NCBI GenBank assembly: GCA_018668635.1
Contig: JABJCN010000219.1
Span: 176 to 64,175, forward strand
Reading direction: 5' to 3'
DNA length: 64,000 nucleotides
Source: Opitutia bacterium
GTDB lineage: Bacteria > Verrucomicrobiota > Verrucomicrobiia > Opitutales > JABJCN01
Position 1 is the stretch's first letter. Each line of letters begins with the position of its first letter. The notes beneath the pieces are model-generated. The model worked only from the letters and a program-made list of their open reading frames with translations. It was not told the origin of the DNA and ran no database searches. Shown here in pieces: positions 56,433 to 64,000 of the stretch. The position numbers and the translations under genes were made by a program.

Positions 56433-56822
56433 TTACTTGAGCTTAACCTCTGCACCAGCTTCTTCGAGCTTCTTTTTGATTTCCTCAGCATCATCCTTTG
56501 CTGCAGCTTCTTTCACAACTGCCGGAACGCCTTCAGCCATCTCCTTGGCTTCCTTTAAGCCTAAACCCGTAATGGCACGAACCTCTTTGATGATTGCTAT
56601 CTTTTTATCGGAGGGGAAAGCAACAAGTTCAATATCGAACTCTGACTTTTCCTCGGCAGGTTCAGAACCCCCACCATCGGCAGGTGCAGCTGCAACAGCA
56701 GCAACAGGAGCCGCAGCGCTAACGCCCCACTTTTCTTCAAGCTCCTTTACGAGTTCGCTTATTTCCAGAACGGTCTGGCCAGAAAGCCATTCCACTACTT
56801 GATCCTTATTTATTTCGGACAT
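56433..56822 (-). CDS. rplL: 50S ribosomal protein L7/L12
   Basis: Ala-rich hinge and C-terminal domain [22 protein letters not shown] chose the ATG at 56822 because the track start at 56834 is a TTG. Confidence 0.95.
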   Translation of the reverse strand: MSEINKDQVVEWLSGQTVLEISELVKELEEKWGVSAAAPVAAVAAAPADGGGSEPAEEKSEFDIELVAFPSDKKIAIIKEVRAITGLGLKEAKEMAEGVPAVVKEAAAKDDAEEIKKKLEEAGAEVKLK

Positions 56823-56968
56823 GATATTTTCCAATGGATTTGGTTAGTGTTTCCTTTCAAAACTTTTAAGGGAATAACTTTTCCCCTAACCAGATTCTCG
56901 AGGTTTATTTGTTGATAGTTTAGTGAGATTAAATTAAGTATATATGCGGTCAATGAAGGGTAGAATAA

Positions 56969-57481
56969 CTAGTTAGCAGGCTCTGGTTTCTGGGATAGTA
57001 CGCTAACCAAGTCACGCTGTGATGCTTGTAAAACACCGAGAAGATTCTGGGCAGGCATATTGAGAAGACCCAAGAATTGTGCTTGTAGCAGATCCAGACT
57101 GGGAAGATCTTTCAATTTCTCAATCTTGGCCGGATCGTAAATGTCTTTGCCGACAACTCCACCCTTCCATGTGAATTTCTTATTTTCTTTTATGAATTTG
57201 GCGATAACCTTGGCAGCGCCAGAAGGGTTAGACCCGCCAACCACCAACGCAGTCGGTCCTGTAAGATAGTCCTCCGCTCCATCTATTTCCCTTTCCTTAA
57301 GGACAACGTTCAGAAGCCGGTTCTTGACAACGTGGAATTCCGCACCCTGTTCTGCAAGCTTACTTCGCAACTCTGCTGCTTCAAAAACATTCAAACCGCT
57401 AAAGTCGGTTAAAAAAAAGTAATCAGACTTATCGAGGTGATCGGATATGTCTTTGGTGAGGTATTGCTTTTCTGGCCTCAT
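56969..57481 (-). CDS. rplJ: 50S ribosomal protein L10
   Basis: 170 aa, positioned between rplA and rplL, with an L10-like N-terminal domain (F.VVKNRLL). Confidence 0.93.
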   Translation of the reverse strand: MRPEKQYLTKDISDHLDKSDYFFLTDFSGLNVFEAAELRSKLAEQGAEFHVVKNRLLNVVLKEREIDGAEDYLTGPTALVVGGSNPSGAAKVIAKFIKENKKFTWKGGVVGKDIYDPAKIEKLKDLPSLDLLQAQFLGLLNMPAQNLLGVLQASQRDLVSVLSQKPEPAN

Positions 57482-57529
57482 TGTAATGTAGGAAATTGTG
57501 GGTTAATTGTACAGAAAGGTTCGGCACGG

Positions 57530-58213
57530 TTAAAATTGAGTAAACAAGGAATTCTCCAGACGAATTCCTGGACTCATGGAGCTACTGATAGAAATGCTTT
57601 TGATTAAACGACCCTTAAATCCCTCAGGTCTTGAATTGCCTATGACATTGATTGCTGCCTGAGTGTTCTCAAGAAGTTGATCTTTGGTAAAGGAACGCTT
57701 GCCGACAATAACGGCCATGTTGGCAGTCTTGTCCATTTTGAACTCAACGCGACCTGCCTTGACCGCTTTGATGGCATCAGCCACATCATCTGTCACGGTG
57801 CCTGACTTGGGATTGGGCATTAACCCACGAGGTCCTAAGACACGTGCAATACTCCTTACCTGCTTCATGGCTTCGGGTGTAGCGACCGCCACATCAAAGT
57901 CTGTCCAACCGTCTTGTACTTTCTTGATAAGGTCAGCAAGGCCTGCGTGATCAGCACCCGCATCGATGGCTTCATCAGGCTTATCCGTAAATACGATGAC
58001 GCAAACCTTTTTACCGCTACCATGAGGAAGGTTTAGCGTGCCTCGCACCATCTGCGTGCTTTGACGAGGGTCGACAAGAAGAGTGATGGACAATTCGACA
58101 GTCTCATCAAACTTGGCTGGCGGCATCTTTTCTAGAATCTCAACAGCGTTTTCCAAAGGGAAAAAACCTTTCTTGTCGCGTTGACTCGCGGCTTCATTGT
58201 ATCGCTTGCTCAT
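57530..58213 (-). CDS. rplA: 50S ribosomal protein L1
   Basis: KFDETVELSI...DPRQSTQMVRGTLNLPHGSGK motif. Confidence 0.96.
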   Translation of the reverse strand: MSKRYNEAASQRDKKGFFPLENAVEILEKMPPAKFDETVELSITLLVDPRQSTQMVRGTLNLPHGSGKKVCVIVFTDKPDEAIDAGADHAGLADLIKKVQDGWTDFDVAVATPEAMKQVRSIARVLGPRGLMPNPKSGTVTDDVADAIKAVKAGRVEFKMDKTANMAVIVGKRSFTKDQLLENTQAAINVIGNSRPEGFKGRLIKSISISSSMSPGIRLENSLFTQF

Positions 58214-58265
58214 GGATATTTCCTTATAAATCTTTATCTAATGATGGTAAAAGAGAAGAACGCGT

Positions 58266-58691
58266 TTAACCTTCAACCTTGATACCCATATTTTTGGCAG
58301 TGCCAATTATCATACGAGCCGCTGCATCCAAATCGTTAGTGTTGAGGTCCTCCAATTTGACTTTAACGATCTCATCAATCTGCTTACGTGTGACAGTACC
58401 GACTTGTTCTTTACCAGGAATAGATGCCCCTTTGGCTAATCCTGCGGCTTGCTTCAGCAGAATCGGAGCGGGTGGAGACTTTGTTATAAAAGTGAAGGAA
58501 CGGTCTGAGTAAACCGTTATCACCACTGGGAGAATGGTGCCTGACTTATCCTGAGTCTTGGCATTAAACTCCTTACAGAAGCCGGCAATATTAACACCCT
58601 TTGCGCCAAGCGCAGGACCTACTGGAGGAGCTGGATTAGCTGCGCCTGCAGGAAGCTGAAGCCGTATTTCACCTGTTACTTTCTTGGCCAT
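58266..58691 (-). CDS. rplK: 50S ribosomal protein L11
   Basis: [27 protein letters not shown] motif. Confidence 0.96.
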   Translation of the reverse strand: MAKKVTGEIRLQLPAGAANPAPPVGPALGAKGVNIAGFCKEFNAKTQDKSGTILPVVITVYSDRSFTFITKSPPAPILLKQAAGLAKGASIPGKEQVGTVTRKQIDEIVKVKLEDLNTNDLDAAARMIIGTAKNMGIKVEG

Positions 58692-58736
58692 GTTTTAATT
58701 TTGTTTTAATTTGAAAAATATGTGTTAGCGTGCGAA

Positions 58737-59312
58737 TCAATCCTCTACCTTTTCAATCTGCCAAAACTCAAGTTCAACAGGAGTGTATCGTCCGAAAATT
58801 GATACAGATACCTTGAGTTTACCTCTTTCGGCATCTATCTCATCGATACGACCAGTGAGGTTCATAAACGGTCCATCATTAATTTTGACCTCTTCTCCCA
58901 CTTCAAAATTAATCTTTGGAACTTCCTTGCCCTCTGTTTCAAGAACCTGCTTAAGAATTCGATCGATCTCGGAATCTTTTAATGGATAAGCTTTTTCCCC
59001 ACCAACGAAGTTGATCACTCCCGGAGCCTCTTTAATGTAGTACCAAGGGCCTTTATGAAGTCCCCCCTCATCATCATAGAGGCTCATATTCACGAAAAGA
59101 TAACCAGGATATAGTTTACGCTCCCGCGTTTTCTTTTTGCCATCTTTAATCTCCGTAACCTGCTCAGTAGGCATAAGAACCTTAAAGATGTATTCGTCCA
59201 TCTCTTCCTGCTTGAGGTACTTGTCAAGGTACCTTTTTGCTTTGTTCTCGGAATTGGAAAGAGTCTGAACTGCAAACCAACGGGGACCGGAAACTGCGGA
59301 AACTGAAGACAT
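58737..59312 (-). CDS. nusG: transcription termination/antitermination factor NusG
   Basis: NGN domain (WFAVQT...) and C-terminal KOW (GEEVKINDGPFMNLTGRIDEI). Lies between secE and rplK. Confidence 0.94.
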   Translation of the reverse strand: MSSVSAVSGPRWFAVQTLSNSENKAKRYLDKYLKQEEMDEYIFKVLMPTEQVTEIKDGKKKTRERKLYPGYLFVNMSLYDDEGGLHKGPWYYIKEAPGVINFVGGEKAYPLKDSEIDRILKQVLETEGKEVPKINFEVGEEVKINDGPFMNLTGRIDEIDAERGKLKVSVSIFGRYTPVELEFWQIEKVED

Positions 59313-59357
59313 GAAACTTAGGGATTATGGGGGTGGCGATAGAGGTATTAAACCCGC

Positions 59358-59561
59358 TCAGGTAATAATACGTTTGAGGAATTCAACCCACTGGTTCAAG
59401 GAAAAGTCAGCCAAAAAAACAAAGGATCCAAGAATAACCACACCAATGAGAACAACCAATGTGGACTCCCAAAGCTCCTTGCGCCCTGGCCAAGAGGATT
59501 TCTTGAGTTCAGTGATGGTTTCGGTCCATCGCTGGCGTATGGCGGTAAAAGGGTTAGTCAT
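59358..59561 (-). CDS. secE: preprotein translocase subunit SecE
   Basis: 67 aa with a single TM helix (TLVVLIGVVILGSFVFLADF) after ELKKSSWP. Conserved position between tRNA-Trp and nusG. Confidence 0.88.
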   Translation of the reverse strand: MTNPFTAIRQRWTETITELKKSSWPGRKELWESTLVVLIGVVILGSFVFLADFSLNQWVEFLKRIIT

Positions 59562-59579
59562 TTTTAGGGTTGCTTAAAT

Positions 59580-59655
<76 letters not shown>

Positions 59656-59762
59656 AAAATTGCATATAATATGAGAAAATATTATGCTGCAATTACGTAG
59701 AGAAGACAGCATTAAATTTCCAAGAGTTACGCGAGTAGGATGGTGATATCGATTAACAGGGA

Positions 59763-60953
59763 TTATTCAACAACTGCTGTTATGCGTCCAGAACCGATAG
59801 TACGACCTCCTTCGCGAATGGCAAACCGTTGGCCTTCTTCCATGGCTATAGCTTTGCCAAGGACAACTTCCACAGAAAGGTTATCGCCAGGCATAACCAT
59901 CTCAACTCCATCTGGGAGATTAACCACGCCAGTAACATCAGCAGTCCCGAAGAAAAACTGTGGGCGGTATCCATTAAAGAAAGGTGTATGGCGACCACCT
60001 TCATCCTTGGTTAAGACGTAAATCTCAGCCTTACCCTTTGTGTGGGGTTTAATACTACCAGGTTTTGCAATAACATGCCCACGTTGAATCGCATCTTTAT
60101 CGATGCCTCGTAGCAGAATGCCAACATTATCACCAGCTTGCCCTTGCTCCAAGGTTTTACGGAACATTTCAACTCCAGTGCATATAGTTTTGAATGATTC
60201 ACCCATTCCAACTATTTCAATTTCTTCATTCACTTTAACAATTCCACGTTCAATGCGTCCAGTAGCAACAGTACCACGTCCAGTAATAGTGAATACATCC
60301 TCGACAGACATCATAAATGGCTTGTCAATGTCACGAACGGGCTCCGCAACATCATTATCTACAGCATCAAGAAGCTTACCGATGGCCTCAAGACCTTCCG
60401 GCTTATTTTCAAGTGCGGCGGTTGCCGAACCATGTATGATGGAGATGTTATCCCCATCATAATCATATTTAGATAAGAGGTCACGTACTTCCATCTCAAC
60501 AAGCTCAATTAGTTCCTCATCATCAACAAGGTCAACTTTGTTAAGCCAAACGACAATATTGGGGACATTAACCTGCCGCGCTAGTAGGATGTGCTCCCGA
60601 GTCTGCGGCATTGGACCGTCTGCAGCTGAAACAACAAGTATTGCGCCATCCATTTGAGCGGCGCCCGTGATCATGTTTTTAACAAAGTCAGCGTGACCAG
60701 GGCAATCAACGTGAGCATAATGACGATTATCTGACTCATATTCAACGTGAGCTACGGCAATAGTTACCGTTTTCGTCTCGTCTCGGACTGTACCGCCCTT
60801 GGCGATATCCGAATAGCTCTTCACTTCAGCCAATCCCTTACCTGCTTGTACACTGAGGATAGCTGCTGTTGTTGTTGTCTTGCCGTGGTCAATATGACCG
60901 ATTGTACCCACGTTAACGTGAGGTTTGGTTCGTTCGAATGTTGCCTTAGACAT
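59763..60953 (-). CDS. tuf: translation elongation factor Tu
   Basis: 396 aa. Contains [17 protein letters not shown] and NKVD motifs. Confidence 0.98.
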   Translation of the reverse strand: MSKATFERTKPHVNVGTIGHIDHGKTTTTAAILSVQAGKGLAEVKSYSDIAKGGTVRDETKTVTIAVAHVEYESDNRHYAHVDCPGHADFVKNMITGAAQMDGAILVVSAADGPMPQTREHILLARQVNVPNIVVWLNKVDLVDDEELIELVEMEVRDLLSKYDYDGDNISIIHGSATAALENKPEGLEAIGKLLDAVDNDVAEPVRDIDKPFMMSVEDVFTITGRGTVATGRIERGIVKVNEEIEIVGMGESFKTICTGVEMFRKTLEQGQAGDNVGILLRGIDKDAIQRGHVIAKPGSIKPHTKGKAEIYVLTKDEGGRHTPFFNGYRPQFFFGTADVTGVVNLPDGVEMVMPGDNLSVEVVLGKAIAMEEGQRFAIREGGRTIGSGRITAVVE

Positions 60954-60989
60954 TGGAGTGGTTAGTGAGTTATAATTTGTTGAGGAATT

Positions 60990-61065
60990 TTGGAGCCCAG
61001 AAGCGGATTTGAACCGCCGACCTCGTCCTTACCAAGGACGCGCTCTGCCAACTGAGCTATCTGGG
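60990..61065 (-). tRNA. tRNA-Thr (anticodon GGT), 3' CCA encoded
   Basis: Reverse complement GCCCAGATAGCTCAGTTGGCAGAGCGCGTCCTTGGTAAGGACG...TCTGGGCTCCA. Anticodon loop TTGGTAA, 76 nt. Classic position upstream of tuf. Confidence 0.9.
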
Positions 61066-61198
61066 CCTTTCTTCCCTCATATTTTTCCCATTAATAGGGG
61101 GGTCATTAGAAAGAAGAAGGGGAGAAGGTGGGAATTTTCTTCAACCCGTCAACCCCAATTTAGAAAAAAATACTCATGATTGATTGAAAACAAATAAA

Positions 61199-61960
61199 TT
61201 ATGGACCCACGACGATTCGGTAATTACCTGTTGGAAGCTCCATTTTCATGATAAGATTTCGGACAAGGACACCAAGTTCTTTATCCAACTTTTCAAGACC
61301 TGTAGTGTTGGCGGTAAATGGTGCTGCGTCCATACCCATCGATCCAACTGCGCCGTAGAAAACCAATGGCGACCACAAATGCTCTTCATCCAGGCCGAGG
61401 GGACTCATCACTGTACGCTCCCATTTTCTCCCATTTCCCAAATATGTGAACTCTATGTGACAATTAAGTGGAAGCAGGGCGTTAGATTCATTAATGTACT
61501 CTTGCCCCAAACCTTGAAAACCAAAAGCATATTCGCGACGAATAGGAAGTTTTTCAACCCCTGAGACAAAAATACCAATAAGTTGCTTCTTGGAGACACC
61601 AAGCAAGTCCGAATTGAGTTTGATTTCTGGAGAATATTGCGGAAATGTAGACTGAATCATTGGGTTATACTGAGCAACCGGAACTTCCAAAGTCCCTGCG
61701 GCATTCCATGGACCCGGCACAAACATTGGAGCTGAATCGAGAAGGGCAGTTGCTTCCTTTATGAAGCTGGAGTCCGTATCGGAATCATCCGGATAGAATG
61801 AAACAAATGATTCAGTTACAGACGGATTCCATTGAGAAAAATCCGAAAAGCCATAAAATGTCTTTAGGGCAGCAAAGAAACACGAAACGGCGAGAACAAC
61901 CATCACCAAAGATAAAAAAAAGGGAACGGCTAAAAATTTCTTCCGTGAAGAGAGTTTCAT
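61199..61960 (-). CDS. membrane-anchored protein of unknown family, translationally coupled to exbD
   Basis: The ATG at 61960 overlaps the exbD TGA (ATGA at 61957-61960), giving MKLSSRKKFLAVPFFLSLVMVVLAVSCFFAAL. That is one TM helix followed by a ~220-aa non-repetitive domain. The track start at 62017 lies inside exbD. Confidence 0.6.
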   Translation of the reverse strand: MKLSSRKKFLAVPFFLSLVMVVLAVSCFFAALKTFYGFSDFSQWNPSVTESFVSFYPDDSDTDSSFIKEATALLDSAPMFVPGPWNAAGTLEVPVAQYNPMIQSTFPQYSPEIKLNSDLLGVSKKQLIGIFVSGVEKLPIRREYAFGFQGLGQEYINESNALLPLNCHIEFTYLGNGRKWERTVMSPLGLDEEHLWSPLVFYGAVGSMGMDAAPFTANTTGLEKLDKELGVLVRNLIMKMELPTGNYRIVVGP

Positions 61961-62442
61961 TCTCGATCCCCTGCGATATGCACCCGGCCAATCCCCGCCC
62001 TGTGCGCAATCCCGCAAATATGAAAGAATGTCTGCATGCTGGTCGCCTTGTCTAGCTTTACAAGCAGGGCAGAAGTTACAGGGCCATGTTTCTTCGCAAA
62101 GGCTTCCAACTCATAGGCAAACCGGATATCCTCCAAGGCAAAAATTCGCCCATCAAAAAGTACCTTGGCATCGCCTCCTCCGCGAAGAACGGTTAGCACT
62201 CCCATCGCAGGCAGACCCTGAGTGACTCTTTCATGACTTCGAGGAAGGTCCATGCTAAGCCCAGGAGATAATATTAAACTAGAGGAAAAAATTAAAAATA
62301 AAACGCAAATCCCACACAGATCAATAATGGCCAAAAAAGGAAATGCCGGCTTGGATGATTTTCGATATCTGTTAAGGCCAAATGGTCGGGTGAGGGTTTC
62401 GGGGCCAACACTGAAGAGTAGGCCATGTCCAGATTCATTCAT
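61957..62442 (-). CDS. exbD: ExbD/TolR-family biopolymer transport protein
   Basis: 161 aa. Single TM helix with the conserved Asp (FLAIIDLCGICVLFLIF) and a periplasmic domain. The ATG overlaps the exbB TGA (ATGA at 62439-62442). Confidence 0.8.
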   Translation of the reverse strand: MNESGHGLLFSVGPETLTRPFGLNRYRKSSKPAFPFLAIIDLCGICVLFLIFSSSLILSPGLSMDLPRSHERVTQGLPAMGVLTVLRGGGDAKVLFDGRIFALEDIRFAYELEAFAKKHGPVTSALLVKLDKATSMQTFFHICGIAHRAGIGRVHIAGDRE

Positions 62443-63104
62443 GTCGGGGATCCCTTCTCAAAAGCATCTGAACCTGGCCTCAATTCGTTTTGACAGGTTA
62501 AGAATTGGAGAATTTCCTGCCCCACAAGCTCCATGTCAAGGATGACAGCACTTACTCGACCATTGATAAAATGATGCCCCACAAGCGCAAGTGCAGCAAC
62601 GGCTATACCCAAAATAGTTGATACCAAAGCCTGTCGGACATCTCCGGCAAAAACTGCACTATTAACATAAGGGCCTGTCACTTGCAGTCGCTGAAAAGCG
62701 TTCAAGGCCGATATGCCTGTTCCAAGCAACCCAAGAAAAGGAGCCAGATTGGCCACCAGAATGATTCCTCCTGTTCTTCTCTCCAAGAGAGGTATCTCCG
62801 AAAGTGCTGCCGTCTGGATTCCATGCCGGATGGATTCTTGTCCCTCATCGTGATGTAACAATCCAGCCCGGACAACACTGGTTATTGGACCGGGGCTTTC
62901 CTCGCATAAAGTCAGCGCCTCAACCAATCTTCCTTTCGAGACCAGTGCCTTAACACCTGCAAGAAATTTGCCTTTGTCAATATATGCACGATGAAGATAC
63001 AGAAAACGCTCAAAAGCCAGAATCAGTCCAACAAGAGCAAGCAAAACTAGTGGCCAAAGAAGAAGGCCAGCATTACTGGTTAAGGCTTGGACAACTTTAA
63101 ACAT
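62439..63104 (-). CDS. exbB: MotA/TolQ/ExbB-family proton channel protein
   Basis: 221 aa with three TM helices and the conserved LAPFLGLLGTGISAL motif. Confidence 0.85.
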   Translation of the reverse strand: MFKVVQALTSNAGLLLWPLVLLALVGLILAFERFLYLHRAYIDKGKFLAGVKALVSKGRLVEALTLCEESPGPITSVVRAGLLHHDEGQESIRHGIQTAALSEIPLLERRTGGIILVANLAPFLGLLGTGISALNAFQRLQVTGPYVNSAVFAGDVRQALVSTILGIAVAALALVGHHFINGRVSAVILDMELVGQEILQFLTCQNELRPGSDAFEKGSPT

Positions 63105-63136
63105 TTTAAACGATAATGTAACTGGTAGAGCAAAAA

Positions 63137-64000
63137 CTAAATACCCAAGTTATTAATGCGGGAATTGGCAAGACTTCGGCCTGGAAGGTTATTTTCCTCG
63201 ATAAGTCCATAAACAATGCGAGCTTCATCCGGAACATCTCCCGCCTCTAATAATGCTCCTAGTTCTAGAATAGCACGAGACATCCAGTAACGGCCCTGCG
63301 CACCCAGCGGTTTACCTGCCAGCCTTTGATTTAGAAGAAAACGGTCAAGAACCGATCCAAGGACATCTTGCGCCTGTGAAAAGTTTTTCCTCTGGCGATG
63401 AACAAAAGATAATTTATATCCAGCCTCAATGGCGACACTAGGCTGTAGACCTGGCTGTATAAACAGCCTCTCGAACAAATTAGCTGCCACTTCAAAACGG
63501 GCTCCATCATCACCTGCCTGAGCCAATTGGCAGTCCGCATTAGCCAATAGGGCTAAATGAATCTCATTATGGTCAGGGAAGCGATTGATCAAATTACTAT
63601 AAATTTGCTGGGCATTCCCAAATTGGTTCAATTTGCGAAACAAATGACCTTGGCGTAAACGAGCATAATAGATCAACTCGTGATTTGGGTACTGCTTTGT
63701 TAATCGTTCAAGAAGATTTAACGCTTCCTTAAAAAAAAATTCAGATCCTCGTTTCTCCGCAAACTGGGCGGCCTCCACAAGAGCAATGGGAGCCAAGAGG
63801 TTCTCAGGAAAATCATCAGCGAGCTTGAGACTCAACTGCTGGGCTTTCACAAGATCATCTGTCTGAGCATGATAGGCAGCCTCAAGCAGGTATGACCTTT
63901 GCGCGAAGTTGGTCTCTGGATGCTCTTCGCGTAGTTTTTTTAAATATGGAACTGACTCCTTATATTTTTTTTGAGCCAGAAGAGATTGTACCTTTAATAG
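63137..64000 (-). CDS. tetratricopeptide-repeat protein, 5' end outside window
   Basis: The reading frame stays open from 63850 to base 64000 (LLKVQSLLAQKKYKESVPYLKKLREEHPE...), so the GTG at 63850 is internal. TPR-like A/Y/L periodicity runs throughout. Lies 32 nt upstream of exbB. Confidence 0.7.
   Translation of the reverse strand, partial: LLKVQSLLAQKKYKESVPYLKKLREEHPETNFAQRSYLLEAAYHAQTDDLVKAQQLSLKLADDFPENLLAPIALVEAAQFAEKRGSEFFFKEALNLLERLTKQYPNHELIYYARLRQGHLFRKLNQFGNAQQIYSNLINRFPDHNEIHLALLANADCQLAQAGDDGARFEVAANLFERLFIQPGLQPSVAIEAGYKLSFVHRQRKNFSQAQDVLGSVLDRFLLNQRLAGKPLGAQGRYWMSRAILELGALLEAGDVPDEARIVYGLIEENNLPGRSLANSRINNLGI

Noticed and set aside
56866-56889. Hairpin (9-bp stem, 6-nt loop on the - strand: TTAGGGGAA-AAGTTA-TTCCCTTAA) in the rplJ-rplL spacer, as a possible attenuator
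   Set aside because: It is followed by only a four-U run and includes a G-U pair. It is too weak to call a terminator or regulatory structure without comparative or experimental data.
63850-63850. GTG at 63850 as the start of the TPR protein
   Set aside because: Translating the same frame upstream shows it remains open to base 64000 with TPR-like sequence, so the gene is 5'-truncated by the window edge.

Overview
This is a densely coded bacterial chromosomal window with about 70 CDS and 3 tRNAs. It is almost entirely core housekeeping. I made all calls by eye from the sequence and the supplied ORF track; no searches were run, and GC content was not computed.

Layout:
- Left third, + strand: cysS (5' end outside the window), thrS, a MIF-like tautomerase, an SLC13/TrkA-C permease, gyrB-gyrA, a convergent DEDDh exonuclease, a HisN-like IMPase, and a second type IIA topoisomerase pair (parE/parC-like).
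- Middle, mostly - strand: a stand-alone hexapeptide-repeat protein, tRNA-Gly(GCC), a PAS histidine kinase / NtrC-type regulator / periplasmic binding-protein operon, monofunctional coaB, a membrane protein, hisD-hisC-hisB-hisH, a LolA-like protein, guaA and a small zinc-ribbon membrane protein.
- Right half, - strand: one uninterrupted ~32 kb translation/transcription supercluster. The order is tRNA-Thr, tuf, tRNA-Trp, secE, nusG, rplK-A-J-L, rpoB, rpoC, rpsL, rpsG, fusA, then the S10/spc/alpha blocks through rplQ.
- Right edge, - strand: a TPR protein (5' end outside the window), exbB, exbD and an unrecognised membrane-anchored protein.

I saw no CRISPR array, transposase, integrase, prophage or recognisable defence genes. 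Shine-Dalgarno sequences are mostly not visible upstream of starts. The ORF track uses GTG/TTG starts, and I trimmed several to internal ATGs.

Most unusual observations:
1. The exbB-exbD pair is translationally coupled (ATGA overlaps) to a third gene in the tonB/tolA position that looks like neither.
2. Near-perfect in-frame tandem repeats (81 bp and 96 bp) add long acidic extensions to ribosomal proteins S11 and L17. Similar acidic or basic low-complexity tails occur on GyrA, ParE, ParC, L29 and SecY.
3. Both type IIA topoisomerase pairs sit in one 11.5 kb block, and ParC carries a Lys/Pro-rich histone-H1-like tail.

Nothing here is compelling evidence of a wholly new system. The ExbBD-associated gene is my best candidate.
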